Shown: piece after piece, positions 46,084-55,728 of the stretch
Layout of the letters: each line of letters begins with the position of its first letter
Position numbering within the stretch: position 1 is the stretch's first letter
From: Candidatus Gottesmanbacteria bacterium
GTDB taxonomy: Bacteria; Patescibacteriota; Microgenomatia; UBA10105; UBA927
Reading direction: 5' to 3'
Length of the DNA stretch: 64,000 nt
Assembly (NCBI GenBank): GCA_023245355.1
Contig: JAHFKN010000003.1
Location: 121,368 to 185,367 of the forward strand
Made by a program: the position numbers and the translations under genes
The notes under the pieces: model-generated
The model's database searches: none
What the model was told of the DNA's origin: nothing
What the model saw: only the letters and a program-made list of their open reading frames with translations

Positions 46084-47508
46084 ATGAAACTATTTAATTC
46101 TCTGACCCGTAAGACGGAAGAATTCGTACCTCTGGCACCTCCGCACGTCGGCATGTATACCTGCGGCATGACGGTGTATGATTTTGCCCATATCGGTCAT
46201 GGCAGGAAATATGTGGGTGATGACATCTTACGGCGCGTGCTGACCCGGTTCGGATATGAGGTGATGCACGTGCAGAATGTGACGGACGTCGGTCATTTGT
46301 CTTCCGATGCGGATGAGGGCGAAGACAAAATGGAGAAAGGCGCGAAAAAATACGGCAAAACAGTATGGGAAGTGGCTCAGTTTTACACGGATCATTTTTA
46401 TTCCTCGATGGATGCCCTCAATGTTCTGCGGCCGCATGTCATCTGCAAAGCCACCGCGCATATTCCTGAGCAGATTTCTCTTATCGAAACATTATTCTCG
46501 AAAGGTTTTGCCTATGATACACCGGAAGCCGTGTATTTTGACGTAACAAAATTTGAAGGATATGCGACATTGTTCGGCCGGCAGAAACTGGAGGAAAAAA
46601 AGGCAGCAGCACGCCAGTCCGTGCAGGAGGGGGAGTACAAGAAGCATCCTGCCGATTTCGCGCTTTGGTTTAAGCGTACCGGCCGGTTTGCGGACCACGC
46701 CATGCATTGGCTCAGCCCCTGGGGAGACGGATTCCCGGGATGGCATATAGAATGTTCTGCTATGAGCATGAAGTATCTCGGTTCCTCATTCGACATTCAT
46801 ACGGGAGGGATTGATCATATTCCGGTTCATCATCCGAATGAAATCGCCCAAAGCGAGGGTGCTACCGGCAAACCGTTTGTCCGGTATTGGGTTCATTATA
46901 ATTTTTTGCGGGTCGACGGCAAAAAAATGAGCAAAAGCCTCGGCAATTTTTTCACCATAGAAGACGTTATAAAAAAAGGTGTTGATCCGTTAGCGCTCCG
47001 GTATTTTTACCTCACGAGCCAGTACCGGAATGAACTGAACTTTACGTGGGAAGCGCTTTCGGCAGCCGCCGCAGCGCTTGCGGAGCTCCGGAAATACGTC
47101 ATCAATCTGAAAAGTCAGGCTTCTGCCCGGCAGACTTTAAGCGATGAGAAACTAAAGAAAGTGGATGAATTCCGCGCGAAGTTTGATGATGCGCTTTCCA
47201 ATGATCTGAATACTCCTCAGGCACTGGCCGTAGTATGGGAAGTGATTAAATCCAATATACCCAGCCAGGATAAATACGAACTTGTCATGGAGTTTGATGA
47301 CGTGATGGGACTCGGGCTTTCGGAAACGGAATCTCTGCCGGTAGAAAAGCCGGTGCCGGATGCTGTGCGCGTGTTAGCGGACAAACGCGAAGCCCTGCGT
47401 AAAGCAAAAAAATTCGCCGAGTCCGACGCAGTGCGTGATGAGATACTTAGCTTAGGGTACGAAATAGAAGATACCCCGGAAGGCTCCGTGATACGTCCCC
47501 GCTCATAA
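46084..47508 (+). CDS. cysS: Cysteinyl-tRNA synthetase
   Basis: HIGH (AHIGHGR) and KMSKS motifs. 474 aa. Confidence 0.85.
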   Translation: MKLFNSLTRKTEEFVPLAPPHVGMYTCGMTVYDFAHIGHGRKYVGDDILRRVLTRFGYEVMHVQNVTDVGHLSSDADEGEDKMEKGAKKYGKTVWEVAQFYTDHFYSSMDALNVLRPHVICKATAHIPEQISLIETLFSKGFAYDTPEAVYFDVTKFEGYATLFGRQKLEEKKAAARQSVQEGEYKKHPADFALWFKRTGRFADHAMHWLSPWGDGFPGWHIECSAMSMKYLGSSFDIHTGGIDHIPVHHPNEIAQSEGATGKPFVRYWVHYNFLRVDGKKMSKSLGNFFTIEDVIKKGVDPLALRYFYLTSQYRNELNFTWEALSAAAAALAELRKYVINLKSQASARQTLSDEKLKKVDEFRAKFDDALSNDLNTPQALAVVWEVIKSNIPSQDKYELVMEFDDVMGLGLSETESLPVEKPVPDAVRVLADKREALRKAKKFAESDAVRDEILSLGYEIEDTPEGSVIRPRS

Positions 47509-47518
47509 CTTGCGGAAT

Positions 47519-47932
47519 TTATTTCTGGAGGATGGTAACGTTTGCCGCAATCACCTGTTTGGACACAACGTCGAAAGAATCGGAATTTACGGTGAATGAA
47601 ATTTTTGCTCCCGGCACGGCGGTCATAAGACTGAATGTTCTCGGTGGAGTTACGGTCCATGTTCCGTAATTTACCGGCTTACCGCTTCTGCTTTCTGAAG
47701 AAAACTGTACGTCCAAAACGGAAATGGTACCGGCTGTTTCATCCACGCTGTCAACGGTGCCGGTAAGCTTGAGGGTGTTTACGACTCCTGCTTTCGCGCG
47801 GATGTCCGTAGGTGCGCTCTGATTGTTTTTTACGACGTTAATAATCGCAGTCGTCACAACGCCGATTATGATAAGCCCTCCCAGGGCTACGGCATATACC
47901 ATTGCGTCCGGTCTTTTCGTCATTAACATCAT
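47519..47932 (-). CDS. Small membrane-anchored hypothetical protein
   Basis: N-terminal TM (VYAVALGGLIIIGVVTTAI) followed by a beta-rich domain. Confidence 0.35.
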   Translation of the reverse strand: MMLMTKRPDAMVYAVALGGLIIIGVVTTAIINVVKNNQSAPTDIRAKAGVVNTLKLTGTVDSVDETAGTISVLDVQFSSESRSGKPVNYGTWTVTPPRTFSLMTAVPGAKISFTVNSDSFDVVSKQVIAANVTILQK

Positions 47933-47956
47933 TTTCCTATGTTCGTTCGTCCGGTG

Positions 47957-48322
47957 TCAAGTAATTTTGAGCATTTCCTTGATTTTCTGGACGACCGCTT
48001 CCAGTGGAGTATTGGTTTTGACCAGATACTCTGCTTTCACTGCGAGAGCGGATTCCCGTTCCGAATCCAGGTTTGTGAGGATAAGAATCGGGATTCCTGC
48101 AGTCTTAGGATGCAGTCTGATTTCCCGTGCCACGTCGAATCCGTTGATTCCTCCCGGAAGCATAATGTCTAAAATGGCCATGTCAGGCGGATTCGTTATG
48201 GCAAGCGAGACACCTTCCTTCCCTGTGGTCACCGCAGTAAGTTCAATACCGTGAGGCGAAAGCGCTTCTTTATACAGATCGTGAAGTGTCACGTCGTCCT
48301 CGACAAGCAGTATTTTTTTCAT
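47957..48322 (-). CDS. Response regulator, stand-alone receiver (CheY-like)
   Basis: KILLVEDD...DMAILDIMLPG is a REC domain. 121 aa. Confidence 0.75.
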   Translation of the reverse strand: MKKILLVEDDVTLHDLYKEALSPHGIELTAVTTGKEGVSLAITNPPDMAILDIMLPGGINGFDVAREIRLHPKTAGIPILILTNLDSERESALAVKAEYLVKTNTPLEAVVQKIKEMLKIT

Positions 48323-48323
48323 A

Positions 48324-50318
48324 CTAACCCTCCTTTTTTAACGGTATTGTTATTGATACGGTCGTCCCGTGATTATCGGCAACCGGACTTTTGAGGGTAA
48401 CGGTTCCGCCCCAGCCTTCTACATATGACTTTACTATAAATAACCCCAGTCCTGCACCCTGTGCGTCGGTAAGCCTTCCGGTTGTGGTGCGGTAAAACTT
48501 GGTAAACAGTTTATTCTGTTCTCCGACGGGTATCCCTATACCCGTATCGGTCACGGCGATCTCGACGGCGTTGGGGTGGCGGAGTATATCGACGGTAACG
48601 GAGCCCCCCGGAGTATTGTATTTGACGGCGTTGGACAGAATATTTTCAATTGCCCCGTTTAAGTGTTTCGGGTCGACGGTTGCATGGACGGAAGTCAGTT
48701 TGCTGTTTAGATGTATTTGTATTTTCTGGCGTCTGGCAAAGTCCGCGTTTTCCGAAATCCTAGCCGATATAACCGCTACGACATCTGTTTTTTCCGGATA
48801 GTTCGGCAGTTTTCCCTGAATAATGTGCGCGATGTCCAGAAGTTCGTTTACCGATTTTACCATCAGACGGTTGCTTTCAAATATGCGCATGAGTTTTTCC
48901 CTGATGGCCGGCGGGAGTTTTATGTTCGGATCAATAATCGATTCCAGGTTCCAGCGTATAGCCGTAAGCGGGGAGCGGAGCTGGTGAGCCGCGGTCATAA
49001 GAAATTCATCTTTGGCCCGTTCGAGTTCCTTGCGTTCCGTTATATCCCGGAAATTTATTACGATGGCCTGTACGGACGGATCAAACAGCAAGCTTCTGCC
49101 GATGGTTTCTATCCATATCCACCTGCCGTCCTTATGTTTCATGCGGTACTGTCCGAAAATTGACTCTTTCGGATTCATGACTACGTCTGATAAATCCTTT
49201 TTGGCTTTTTCTACATCTTCCGAATGGATGAATGAAAATCCGCTCCGTCCCAGTACTTCTTCCGGTTTATACCCTAGGACCGTATACGTCGACGGACTGG
49301 CATACGTTATGACGGAGCCCGGGTCTGTCAGAACGACCGCATCGGTATTTTTTTCGATAAGCGCCTGGAACCTCCGTTCACGGGTGTATAACGTCTGATC
49401 GGTATGCTTCCGGTCTTCGACTGCGGCGGCTACCGTAAGTTTGGTTACCCCGATGATCACCATAAATATCTGAAGCTGCTGTAGGGCTTCATTCGTCGTT
49501 GATGCATGTGACATAAACGGACCGGATCCGTGCATGGTCGCATAGGTTGTAACCATCATAATAATCGTAAGCAGGGTTGCTGTTTCCCGGAGCTCAAAAC
49601 GGAATGCCGACCAGATAAGCGGAAGGATAAACAGATACGGATGTGGAAATCTCAGCGGGATAATGATGTAGAAAATTCCGAGCAGAGCAAAACACAACAG
49701 GACAAACTCCGCAGCTTTCAGCGGTTGTATGCTGACTCTTGGGCGTGCATACCACAGAAGCAGTACGGGGGTGAAAACGACAGCGCCGCCCATGTCTCCT
49801 AACCACCAGGTAAGCCAGACCTGATGGGCGAGTGAGGGATCCAACAGTCTTGTACTGATGAGCATGCCGATACCGATTGCAGCGCTGATGGCAGTGGCAA
49901 GCCCGGCAACAAACGCAAACCTGACGACATCCATCGGCCGTTCAAAAACCTTTGTGCCGCTGGCAAACCTGTTTATACACCACGTGGCAATGATAGCTTC
50001 CAATGAGTTGCCGACGGCAATACCCAGGGACGAAAAAAGCATGCCGGATGTCGTCAGATTTACAAAAAATGAACCGATCAGTATGAGCGGCCACATACGT
50101 ATGCCGAAGATAAGCAGTGCCGCAATTGCAAATCCCGTGGGAGGCCAGATAGCCGAAACGTTTGGGTTGATGCTGGCAAATTCCAACCCTATTTTTCCGA
50201 GGATAAAATAGATGACGGCCAGTCCTGCTAAAAGGAAAAGCGATCCTGGATTCGGGACGGCAGTTTTTTTCACGGTCTTATTTAGTTGTACCCCGTTTGT
50301 TTGTGAAATACAACACAA
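48324..50318 (-). CDS. Sensor histidine kinase (MASE1-like membrane sensor + PAS + HisKA + HATPase_c)
   Basis: N-terminal polytopic MASE1-like region, PAS (FQALIEKNTDAVVLTD), H-box AAHQLRSPLTAI, and G1/G2 boxes (DTGIGIP, GAGLGL). Confidence 0.8.
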   Translation of the reverse strand: MCCISQTNGVQLNKTVKKTAVPNPGSLFLLAGLAVIYFILGKIGLEFASINPNVSAIWPPTGFAIAALLIFGIRMWPLILIGSFFVNLTTSGMLFSSLGIAVGNSLEAIIATWCINRFASGTKVFERPMDVVRFAFVAGLATAISAAIGIGMLISTRLLDPSLAHQVWLTWWLGDMGGAVVFTPVLLLWYARPRVSIQPLKAAEFVLLCFALLGIFYIIIPLRFPHPYLFILPLIWSAFRFELRETATLLTIIMMVTTYATMHGSGPFMSHASTTNEALQQLQIFMVIIGVTKLTVAAAVEDRKHTDQTLYTRERRFQALIEKNTDAVVLTDPGSVITYASPSTYTVLGYKPEEVLGRSGFSFIHSEDVEKAKKDLSDVVMNPKESIFGQYRMKHKDGRWIWIETIGRSLLFDPSVQAIVINFRDITERKELERAKDEFLMTAAHQLRSPLTAIRWNLESIIDPNIKLPPAIREKLMRIFESNRLMVKSVNELLDIAHIIQGKLPNYPEKTDVVAVISARISENADFARRQKIQIHLNSKLTSVHATVDPKHLNGAIENILSNAVKYNTPGGSVTVDILRHPNAVEIAVTDTGIGIPVGEQNKLFTKFYRTTTGRLTDAQGAGLGLFIVKSYVEGWGGTVTLKSPVADNHGTTVSITIPLKKEG

Positions 50319-50321
50319 GGG

Positions 50322-51464
50322 TCAGGGAGAGAGGGGAATGGTATCAAGCGCACGCTTGCTTTGTGTATGCCAGTCAAGATAGCCTGAAAAGTCGTGCGCT
50401 TCATCGGAAAGATTGTTGCGTATTTTTTCTTCATCGAGCACGGTTGTGATCATGCGGGTAAATTGAGCAGTGTTAAACGGTACGACATGGAGTACTCCGC
50501 GGGGGTAATCAAGTTTAGGGAGATCATATACGATTCCCGGCGTGCCGCAGGCGAGCGCTTCGTCCAGCGCAAGATTCCCCGTGTCGTGGTGGGAGGCCGA
50601 AATAAACAGGCGTGATGCGGCCAACAGATCGAATTTTTTCTCCCCGTCTATCTGGGGAAGCAATGTTACGTTGTGCTGCAGATTCCCGGAGCGGATTTTG
50701 GTTTCCAATGTGTGCTTAAGAAATCCTGCCCCTGCAATAACCAGCGTGGCATCGTGTTTATGTAACACGACGAGTTTCCAGATGTCGATCAGTTCATCAA
50801 TATTCTTTTGCGGATGAAATCTGCCGATATAGACGGCGTCGTACCGTTTTTTCTTTACACGCGTTACCGCGGCTCGGGCAGCCTGTATATCCGCTCCTCC
50901 CCTGATAGCGGCTGCCTGTTTATGCCAGTGCGTTTGTATAAACAAGGCGTCAGCCGGGCTTGCCGTCCAAATGACTGCAGCATGCAGGCGGGTAAGCGTG
51001 ATGCCGATAACATATTCCGACCAGAAGACCAGCCTGTTTATCCAATTGGATCCGTACGTTCCGCTCCAGGGGGGAGCCAATAACAGATAACAGCCCACGA
51101 CAAGCTGCGCGCGCGGAGTTTTATATTTATCGATAAGCGCAGGCAACAGATCCTGCAGACTCCAGGATCCTGCAAATATGATGTCGGCACCGGGTTTCCG
51201 GGTTATCAGTGCGTCGGCAACTGCATTGATAATATGCGCAATACTTCCGATGAGTACGCTCCGGTGCCCTGTGCGGATGCGGGTAGCTATGTGCAGGGAA
51301 TGTTCGGGCACAGAACGTGTGCGGAAAAATGCCGCAGCTTCCGGGTGAGTAGAAAGCAAAACGGAATGCCCCTGGAGCTCCCAGTATTTGGTAAATTCCG
51401 CGGCAATGACGTCGCCTCCGCTTATGACTTCGTGATAACTATGATCGTATATGCGGATATTCAT
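50322..51464 (-). CDS. Glycosyltransferase family 4
   Basis: GT-B fold, C-terminal half (RFHPQKNIDELIDIW...). 380 aa. Confidence 0.55.
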   Translation of the reverse strand: MNIRIYDHSYHEVISGGDVIAAEFTKYWELQGHSVLLSTHPEAAAFFRTRSVPEHSLHIATRIRTGHRSVLIGSIAHIINAVADALITRKPGADIIFAGSWSLQDLLPALIDKYKTPRAQLVVGCYLLLAPPWSGTYGSNWINRLVFWSEYVIGITLTRLHAAVIWTASPADALFIQTHWHKQAAAIRGGADIQAARAAVTRVKKKRYDAVYIGRFHPQKNIDELIDIWKLVVLHKHDATLVIAGAGFLKHTLETKIRSGNLQHNVTLLPQIDGEKKFDLLAASRLFISASHHDTGNLALDEALACGTPGIVYDLPKLDYPRGVLHVVPFNTAQFTRMITTVLDEEKIRNNLSDEAHDFSGYLDWHTQSKRALDTIPLSP

Positions 51465-52474
51465 GGGGTAAACACATCATGACGATCGCTGAATTCATCA
51501 CTGAACATCCGCGTATTTCCTCCGAGAATATGTATATGTGAATTGACAGCTACCGAGGATGCAGCGTAGCGTGCCTCTTGTAAATCAGTGTGCCGTATCC
51601 AGCGTTTTGTCCGGGTATTGTACTCGAACACGTATCGTGAGACGGCCCAGCCTTGCTCGCCCCCGAAGATATATATGCTCTCACCTAAACCGACAGAAGC
51701 AAATCCGCATAGTCTCATCGGTAAGGGAGGCGCACTTTCCCAGCGGCGGGTTTTGGGGTCGTATACTTCATGTGTCGTAAGCGCGCCGAACCGGTCGGTA
51801 TTGTAGCCGCCCAATACATGCAGTTTGCCGGCTATTGCTGCAGCCGCCAAATGCTCTCTGGGGGTGGGCATATCAGGTAATCGGGACCAGGAAGACGTGT
51901 TGGTGTCATAGGCTTCCAGTGTCGCATATTTTTTGCCGTAATCAGCTCCTCCGACTGCGTAGAGTATGTGGTCGATACACACGAGTCCGAGTGCGCCCCT
52001 GCGGGTCGGCATGTCGGCTAAACGCTTCCATACACGGGTTTTGGGGGTATACTGCCAGGCGAAAGAAAGCGGGGTGATCCGTATACCGCATCCGCCTACG
52101 ACATAGATATGATTGGGCCCTGCGGCCACACCCGGGTGATGGGCTACATGCGGAACGTCGGGTAACGTCTCCCAGGAATTGTCCTTCACATTGTATGCTT
52201 CAAACGCAGCGGTAGGGAGCCATACGGACGGCTGGAATATTCCTCCTGCCACATAGATGGTATTATCCAAAGCCGCAGCATTGAACTCATACCGGTGGGA
52301 AGGCAAATCAGCCGCGCGGGTCATGGTACTTTTGTCATTTACAGGCATACCGGAAGGAGGACCTTCGATTGTCTTACGGTCAGGGCGGTACCAAAGGTCG
52401 CGGAGGACATACAAAACACCGAGTCCGAATTTCGTCAGAAGAAATAATGGTTGCAGGAGGGGCTGGTGTTCCAT
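51461..52474 (-). CDS. Kelch-repeat beta-propeller protein (secreted/membrane-anchored)
   Basis: Repeated IYVAGG, IYVVGG, LYAVGG, LHVLGG, IYIFGG and IHILGG blades with preceding W residues. N-terminal hydrophobic segment. Confidence 0.7.
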   Translation of the reverse strand: MEHQPLLQPLFLLTKFGLGVLYVLRDLWYRPDRKTIEGPPSGMPVNDKSTMTRAADLPSHRYEFNAAALDNTIYVAGGIFQPSVWLPTAAFEAYNVKDNSWETLPDVPHVAHHPGVAAGPNHIYVVGGCGIRITPLSFAWQYTPKTRVWKRLADMPTRRGALGLVCIDHILYAVGGADYGKKYATLEAYDTNTSSWSRLPDMPTPREHLAAAAIAGKLHVLGGYNTDRFGALTTHEVYDPKTRRWESAPPLPMRLCGFASVGLGESIYIFGGEQGWAVSRYVFEYNTRTKRWIRHTDLQEARYAASSVAVNSHIHILGGNTRMFSDEFSDRHDVFTP

Positions 52475-52551
52475 GGTACGATTACGTGTATACGCATTAT
52501 ACCGGATTCTAGTGAGTAAGGGAAAAAAGGTGTAAGATATCCTACAGAAGC

Positions 52552-54363
52552 ATGAAAAATATCGTCAACATATTCCGGTTTACCAAAAGCTTCCGCGGCT
52601 GGTATGCCGCGATGAGTCTGTTTATCATCGTTTCCTCGCTTCTGAATTTTGTGACACCGTTTGTGTTGAAGCGGATTGTCGATGTGATCACGGACCAAAT
52701 TACCGGAAAAACAGGTGAACTGACGGTTATTTATTGGGCATTAGGAATTCTGTTGTTTTCCGATATTATCGGCACCGTTCTGACGGCCTACAGCATGTGG
52801 ATTGGTGACCTGCTTGCCGTCAAACTTCAGACGTTTCTGTCTTCTAAGTTTTATAAGCACGTGCTTTCCCTGGATGTCGGATATTTCGACAACATGGCAA
52901 TAGGAAATCTCACCAATAAGCTCTATCGGGGCATTGCAAGTATTACGAATTTTATCCAGAGTGCGACAAACAACTTTCTGCCGTTTTTTCTCACCGCCTT
53001 TATCACGATCGGGATACTTATGATGTATTCTCCCGTTGTCGGCATATTGCTGGCTGCATTGTTCCCGCTCTATACGGTGATCACACATCGTTCCTCCATG
53101 GCGTGGGGGAAACATGAGGGCAAAAAAAACGAAATAGGGGACATATCGCAGGGCAGGGCGCTTGAGAGTTTGTCGGGCATACGGGTGGTGAAAGCGTTTG
53201 TCGGCGAGTTGTTTGAATTCAAAACATTTGTGGCCGCCCGGGAAAAAATAGAAGCCATTACCCGCCAGCAAACCAAAGAATGGCATCTGTTTGATTTCTA
53301 CCGCAGGATTGTTCTTAATATCGTGTTGTTTATCATTATTTCGTATATTCTCTACCAGACATACCACGGTATCTACACGCTGGGAGAGATGACGCTTCTT
53401 TTGCAGTTGGTCAATCAGGCACGGTTCCCGTTGTTTGCCATGTCATTTATCATCGGACAAATTCAGCAGGCAGACGCCGGAAGCAAGGATTTTTTTGAAG
53501 TATTGAATACTCCGCAGGTCATCACGGACGCACCGCATGCCAAAACATTGGTCTGGCCCAAAGCCGCAAAAGGAACGGTGCTAGCTCTTGACCGGGTTTC
53601 TTTTGCCTACGGCGCTGACCGCGAAGACGTGCTCCGGGATATTTCGTTTTCGCTAGGCCACGGTGAAAAATTGGCGCTGGTCGGAGAAAGCGGGCAGGGG
53701 AAATCGACGCTCGTGAATCTTATCCTGCGGTACTATGTCCCGCGAAAGGGGACGATAACAATGGCCGGTAAGGATATTTCCGGTATTACGAGTGATTCGC
53801 TCCGCAAATATATTTCGATCGTATTTCAGGATGCACTGCTGTTTTCCGGCACTATTGCCGAGAATATCTGTTACGGAAGCCCGGGTGCTACGGATGCCAA
53901 GATGCGTGAAGCGGCTAAATTGGCCAATGCCACGGAATTTATCGACTCGCTGGAGCAAGGGTTTGATACGACAATCGGGGAGCGCGGTATAAAGCTTTCC
54001 GGAGGGCAGAAACAACGTATAGCGATAGCCCGGGCCATTCTTCATGATGCGCCGTTTATTATCTTAGACGAGGCCACAAGTTCGCTCGACAGCAAATCAG
54101 AATTGTTGGTGCAGCAGGGGCTTACGCATCTTACCCGCGGAAAGACGACTATCATTATCGCGCACAGACTTTCCACATTATCGGGAGTCGACAAAATTTT
54201 GGTGCTGCAGGGCGGGAAAATCGGACAGTTCGGTTCTCCGCAGGAACTGCTCCGTGACAAGAACGGGTTGTATGCACGCATGATCGAGCTTCAGAAAACG
54301 CTGCTCGGTGCGACCGAGGAAGAACGTACCCGCGCACTCGAGAAATACGATCTGGTAGGCTAA
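52552..54363 (+). CDS. ABC transporter, fused permease/ATP-binding (MsbA-like exporter)
   Basis: 6-TM domain plus NBD with Walker A GESGQGKST, LSGGQKQR, Walker B IILDEATSSLD. Confidence 0.8.
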   Translation: MKNIVNIFRFTKSFRGWYAAMSLFIIVSSLLNFVTPFVLKRIVDVITDQITGKTGELTVIYWALGILLFSDIIGTVLTAYSMWIGDLLAVKLQTFLSSKFYKHVLSLDVGYFDNMAIGNLTNKLYRGIASITNFIQSATNNFLPFFLTAFITIGILMMYSPVVGILLAALFPLYTVITHRSSMAWGKHEGKKNEIGDISQGRALESLSGIRVVKAFVGELFEFKTFVAAREKIEAITRQQTKEWHLFDFYRRIVLNIVLFIIISYILYQTYHGIYTLGEMTLLLQLVNQARFPLFAMSFIIGQIQQADAGSKDFFEVLNTPQVITDAPHAKTLVWPKAAKGTVLALDRVSFAYGADREDVLRDISFSLGHGEKLALVGESGQGKSTLVNLILRYYVPRKGTITMAGKDISGITSDSLRKYISIVFQDALLFSGTIAENICYGSPGATDAKMREAAKLANATEFIDSLEQGFDTTIGERGIKLSGGQKQRIAIARAILHDAPFIILDEATSSLDSKSELLVQQGLTHLTRGKTTIIIAHRLSTLSGVDKILVLQGGKIGQFGSPQELLRDKNGLYARMIELQKTLLGATEEERTRALEKYDLVG

Positions 54364-54368
54364 CTTCT

Positions 54369-55037
54369 TTACACTGCCTCTTTGTTCGTACTGTGTGTCA
54401 GAAATTGCGACAGCGCGTTGATTGCGCGTTGTGTATCCAGACTATGTACGACAAATGACAACTCTGCGGGAGTCGATACGGTTTCAATGATGTTGACTCT
54501 GCCGGTAGCAAGCGCTGAGATGAGGGGAAAAATGATGTTGGGCGCTTTTGCATGTTCCGGATCCGCAAACCGTATTGTGATGGCGGCAAGTCCGGTATAC
54601 AGCGTTTTCGGCTGATTTGGAAACTGTGTGACGATTTGTTCCAGGTGCGCGCTGTCGCATATGACGGCAAGTTCACTTTGTCCCTGAGTAATCGCAAAAA
54701 ACGCCGCGGGGTCTATAAGCAGGGTATTGAGTTTGGCAGCTGAAATAACTGCCTCTTTTGTCTTTTCATAGCTGATTTCGCTTATATTCGTGCGTAATGA
54801 CAGCGCGTCAATGCGGATAACAGGCTTGTAGTCGATTTGATGAGCCAGTTTCTTCCGTATCCGGGACAGGAAAACCACGATGGAGGCGACAGGCATAGGT
54901 TTATTGAGGCGCGATACGATTTTGGGGTGCACTTTTTGGGCATACGCGCTCATGTTGAGGTAACCGGCACGCAGTGCTTCACGGGCGACAGCATCACCCA
55001 GGAGGATTTCTTCCAGCAAACCGGAGATGGTAGCCAT
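54369..55037 (-). CDS. ACT-domain-containing hypothetical protein
   Basis: The C-terminal ...NIIETVSTPAELSFVV... resembles an aspartokinase-type ACT domain. Confidence 0.3.
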   Translation of the reverse strand: MATISGLLEEILLGDAVAREALRAGYLNMSAYAQKVHPKIVSRLNKPMPVASIVVFLSRIRKKLAHQIDYKPVIRIDALSLRTNISEISYEKTKEAVISAAKLNTLLIDPAAFFAITQGQSELAVICDSAHLEQIVTQFPNQPKTLYTGLAAITIRFADPEHAKAPNIIFPLISALATGRVNIIETVSTPAELSFVVHSLDTQRAINALSQFLTHSTNKEAV

Positions 55038-55083
55038 TATGTTATAAATGTAACATTAGTAGTCAAATATAACAAATGGTGCA

Positions 55084-55707
55084 TTATGCCTTGCGGTTCT
55101 TTACGGTAGCAAAGCCCATAATCATAAACCAGCAAAGAACGGGGACGGCAATGATTTTCTGGAATATGCCGCGGTACGGGAGTCCTACACCCAGGACAAA
55201 AAACAGAAACCACACGATACTCAGGACAAATGTGCCGTAGCCGATGAATGTGGTGACGCTGCTATATGACTTGTACCGTGGTTCAGCCTTAAAGATTGTT
55301 GCAAGCCTATGGACGCCGATCGGGGAGACAGCCAGGAACAAAATTACGGAGCCTGCGTGTACGAGTCCTATCGGCGTATAGAGCGAAAGCCTTAGCGGGA
55401 TATTTTCGATAGGATCCGTGGGCGCAAGCGCTGCTACGGTAAGAAATACGGCCGAGAGGATAAACAGGGTGCGTACCGCTGCCCTGGAGGCCGATTGCTT
55501 CATGTCCGATGAAAGCCGGTTTCCCAGTACCAAGAGGCTAAGCGCCAGCTGCAGGAAATTGAGCGATTGGATCCACCCGTATTTTTCTATCGCGAGCCTG
55601 CTGATTGTGTAATTGATATGGTTATATCCCGGAGTTACAAATCCCAGTACGATGACCACAATGGTAAAAATTATCGGGCTTATGACCGGAAAAAATCGGA
55701 CAAACAT
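55084..55707 (-). CDS. Integral membrane protein (hypothetical)
   Basis: 207 aa with 5-6 predicted TM helices. Confidence 0.4.
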   Translation of the reverse strand: MFVRFFPVISPIIFTIVVIVLGFVTPGYNHINYTISRLAIEKYGWIQSLNFLQLALSLLVLGNRLSSDMKQSASRAAVRTLFILSAVFLTVAALAPTDPIENIPLRLSLYTPIGLVHAGSVILFLAVSPIGVHRLATIFKAEPRYKSYSSVTTFIGYGTFVLSIVWFLFFVLGVGLPYRGIFQKIIAVPVLCWFMIMGFATVKNRKA

Positions 55708-55728
55708 ATACGAAATACCGCGTTGCGT

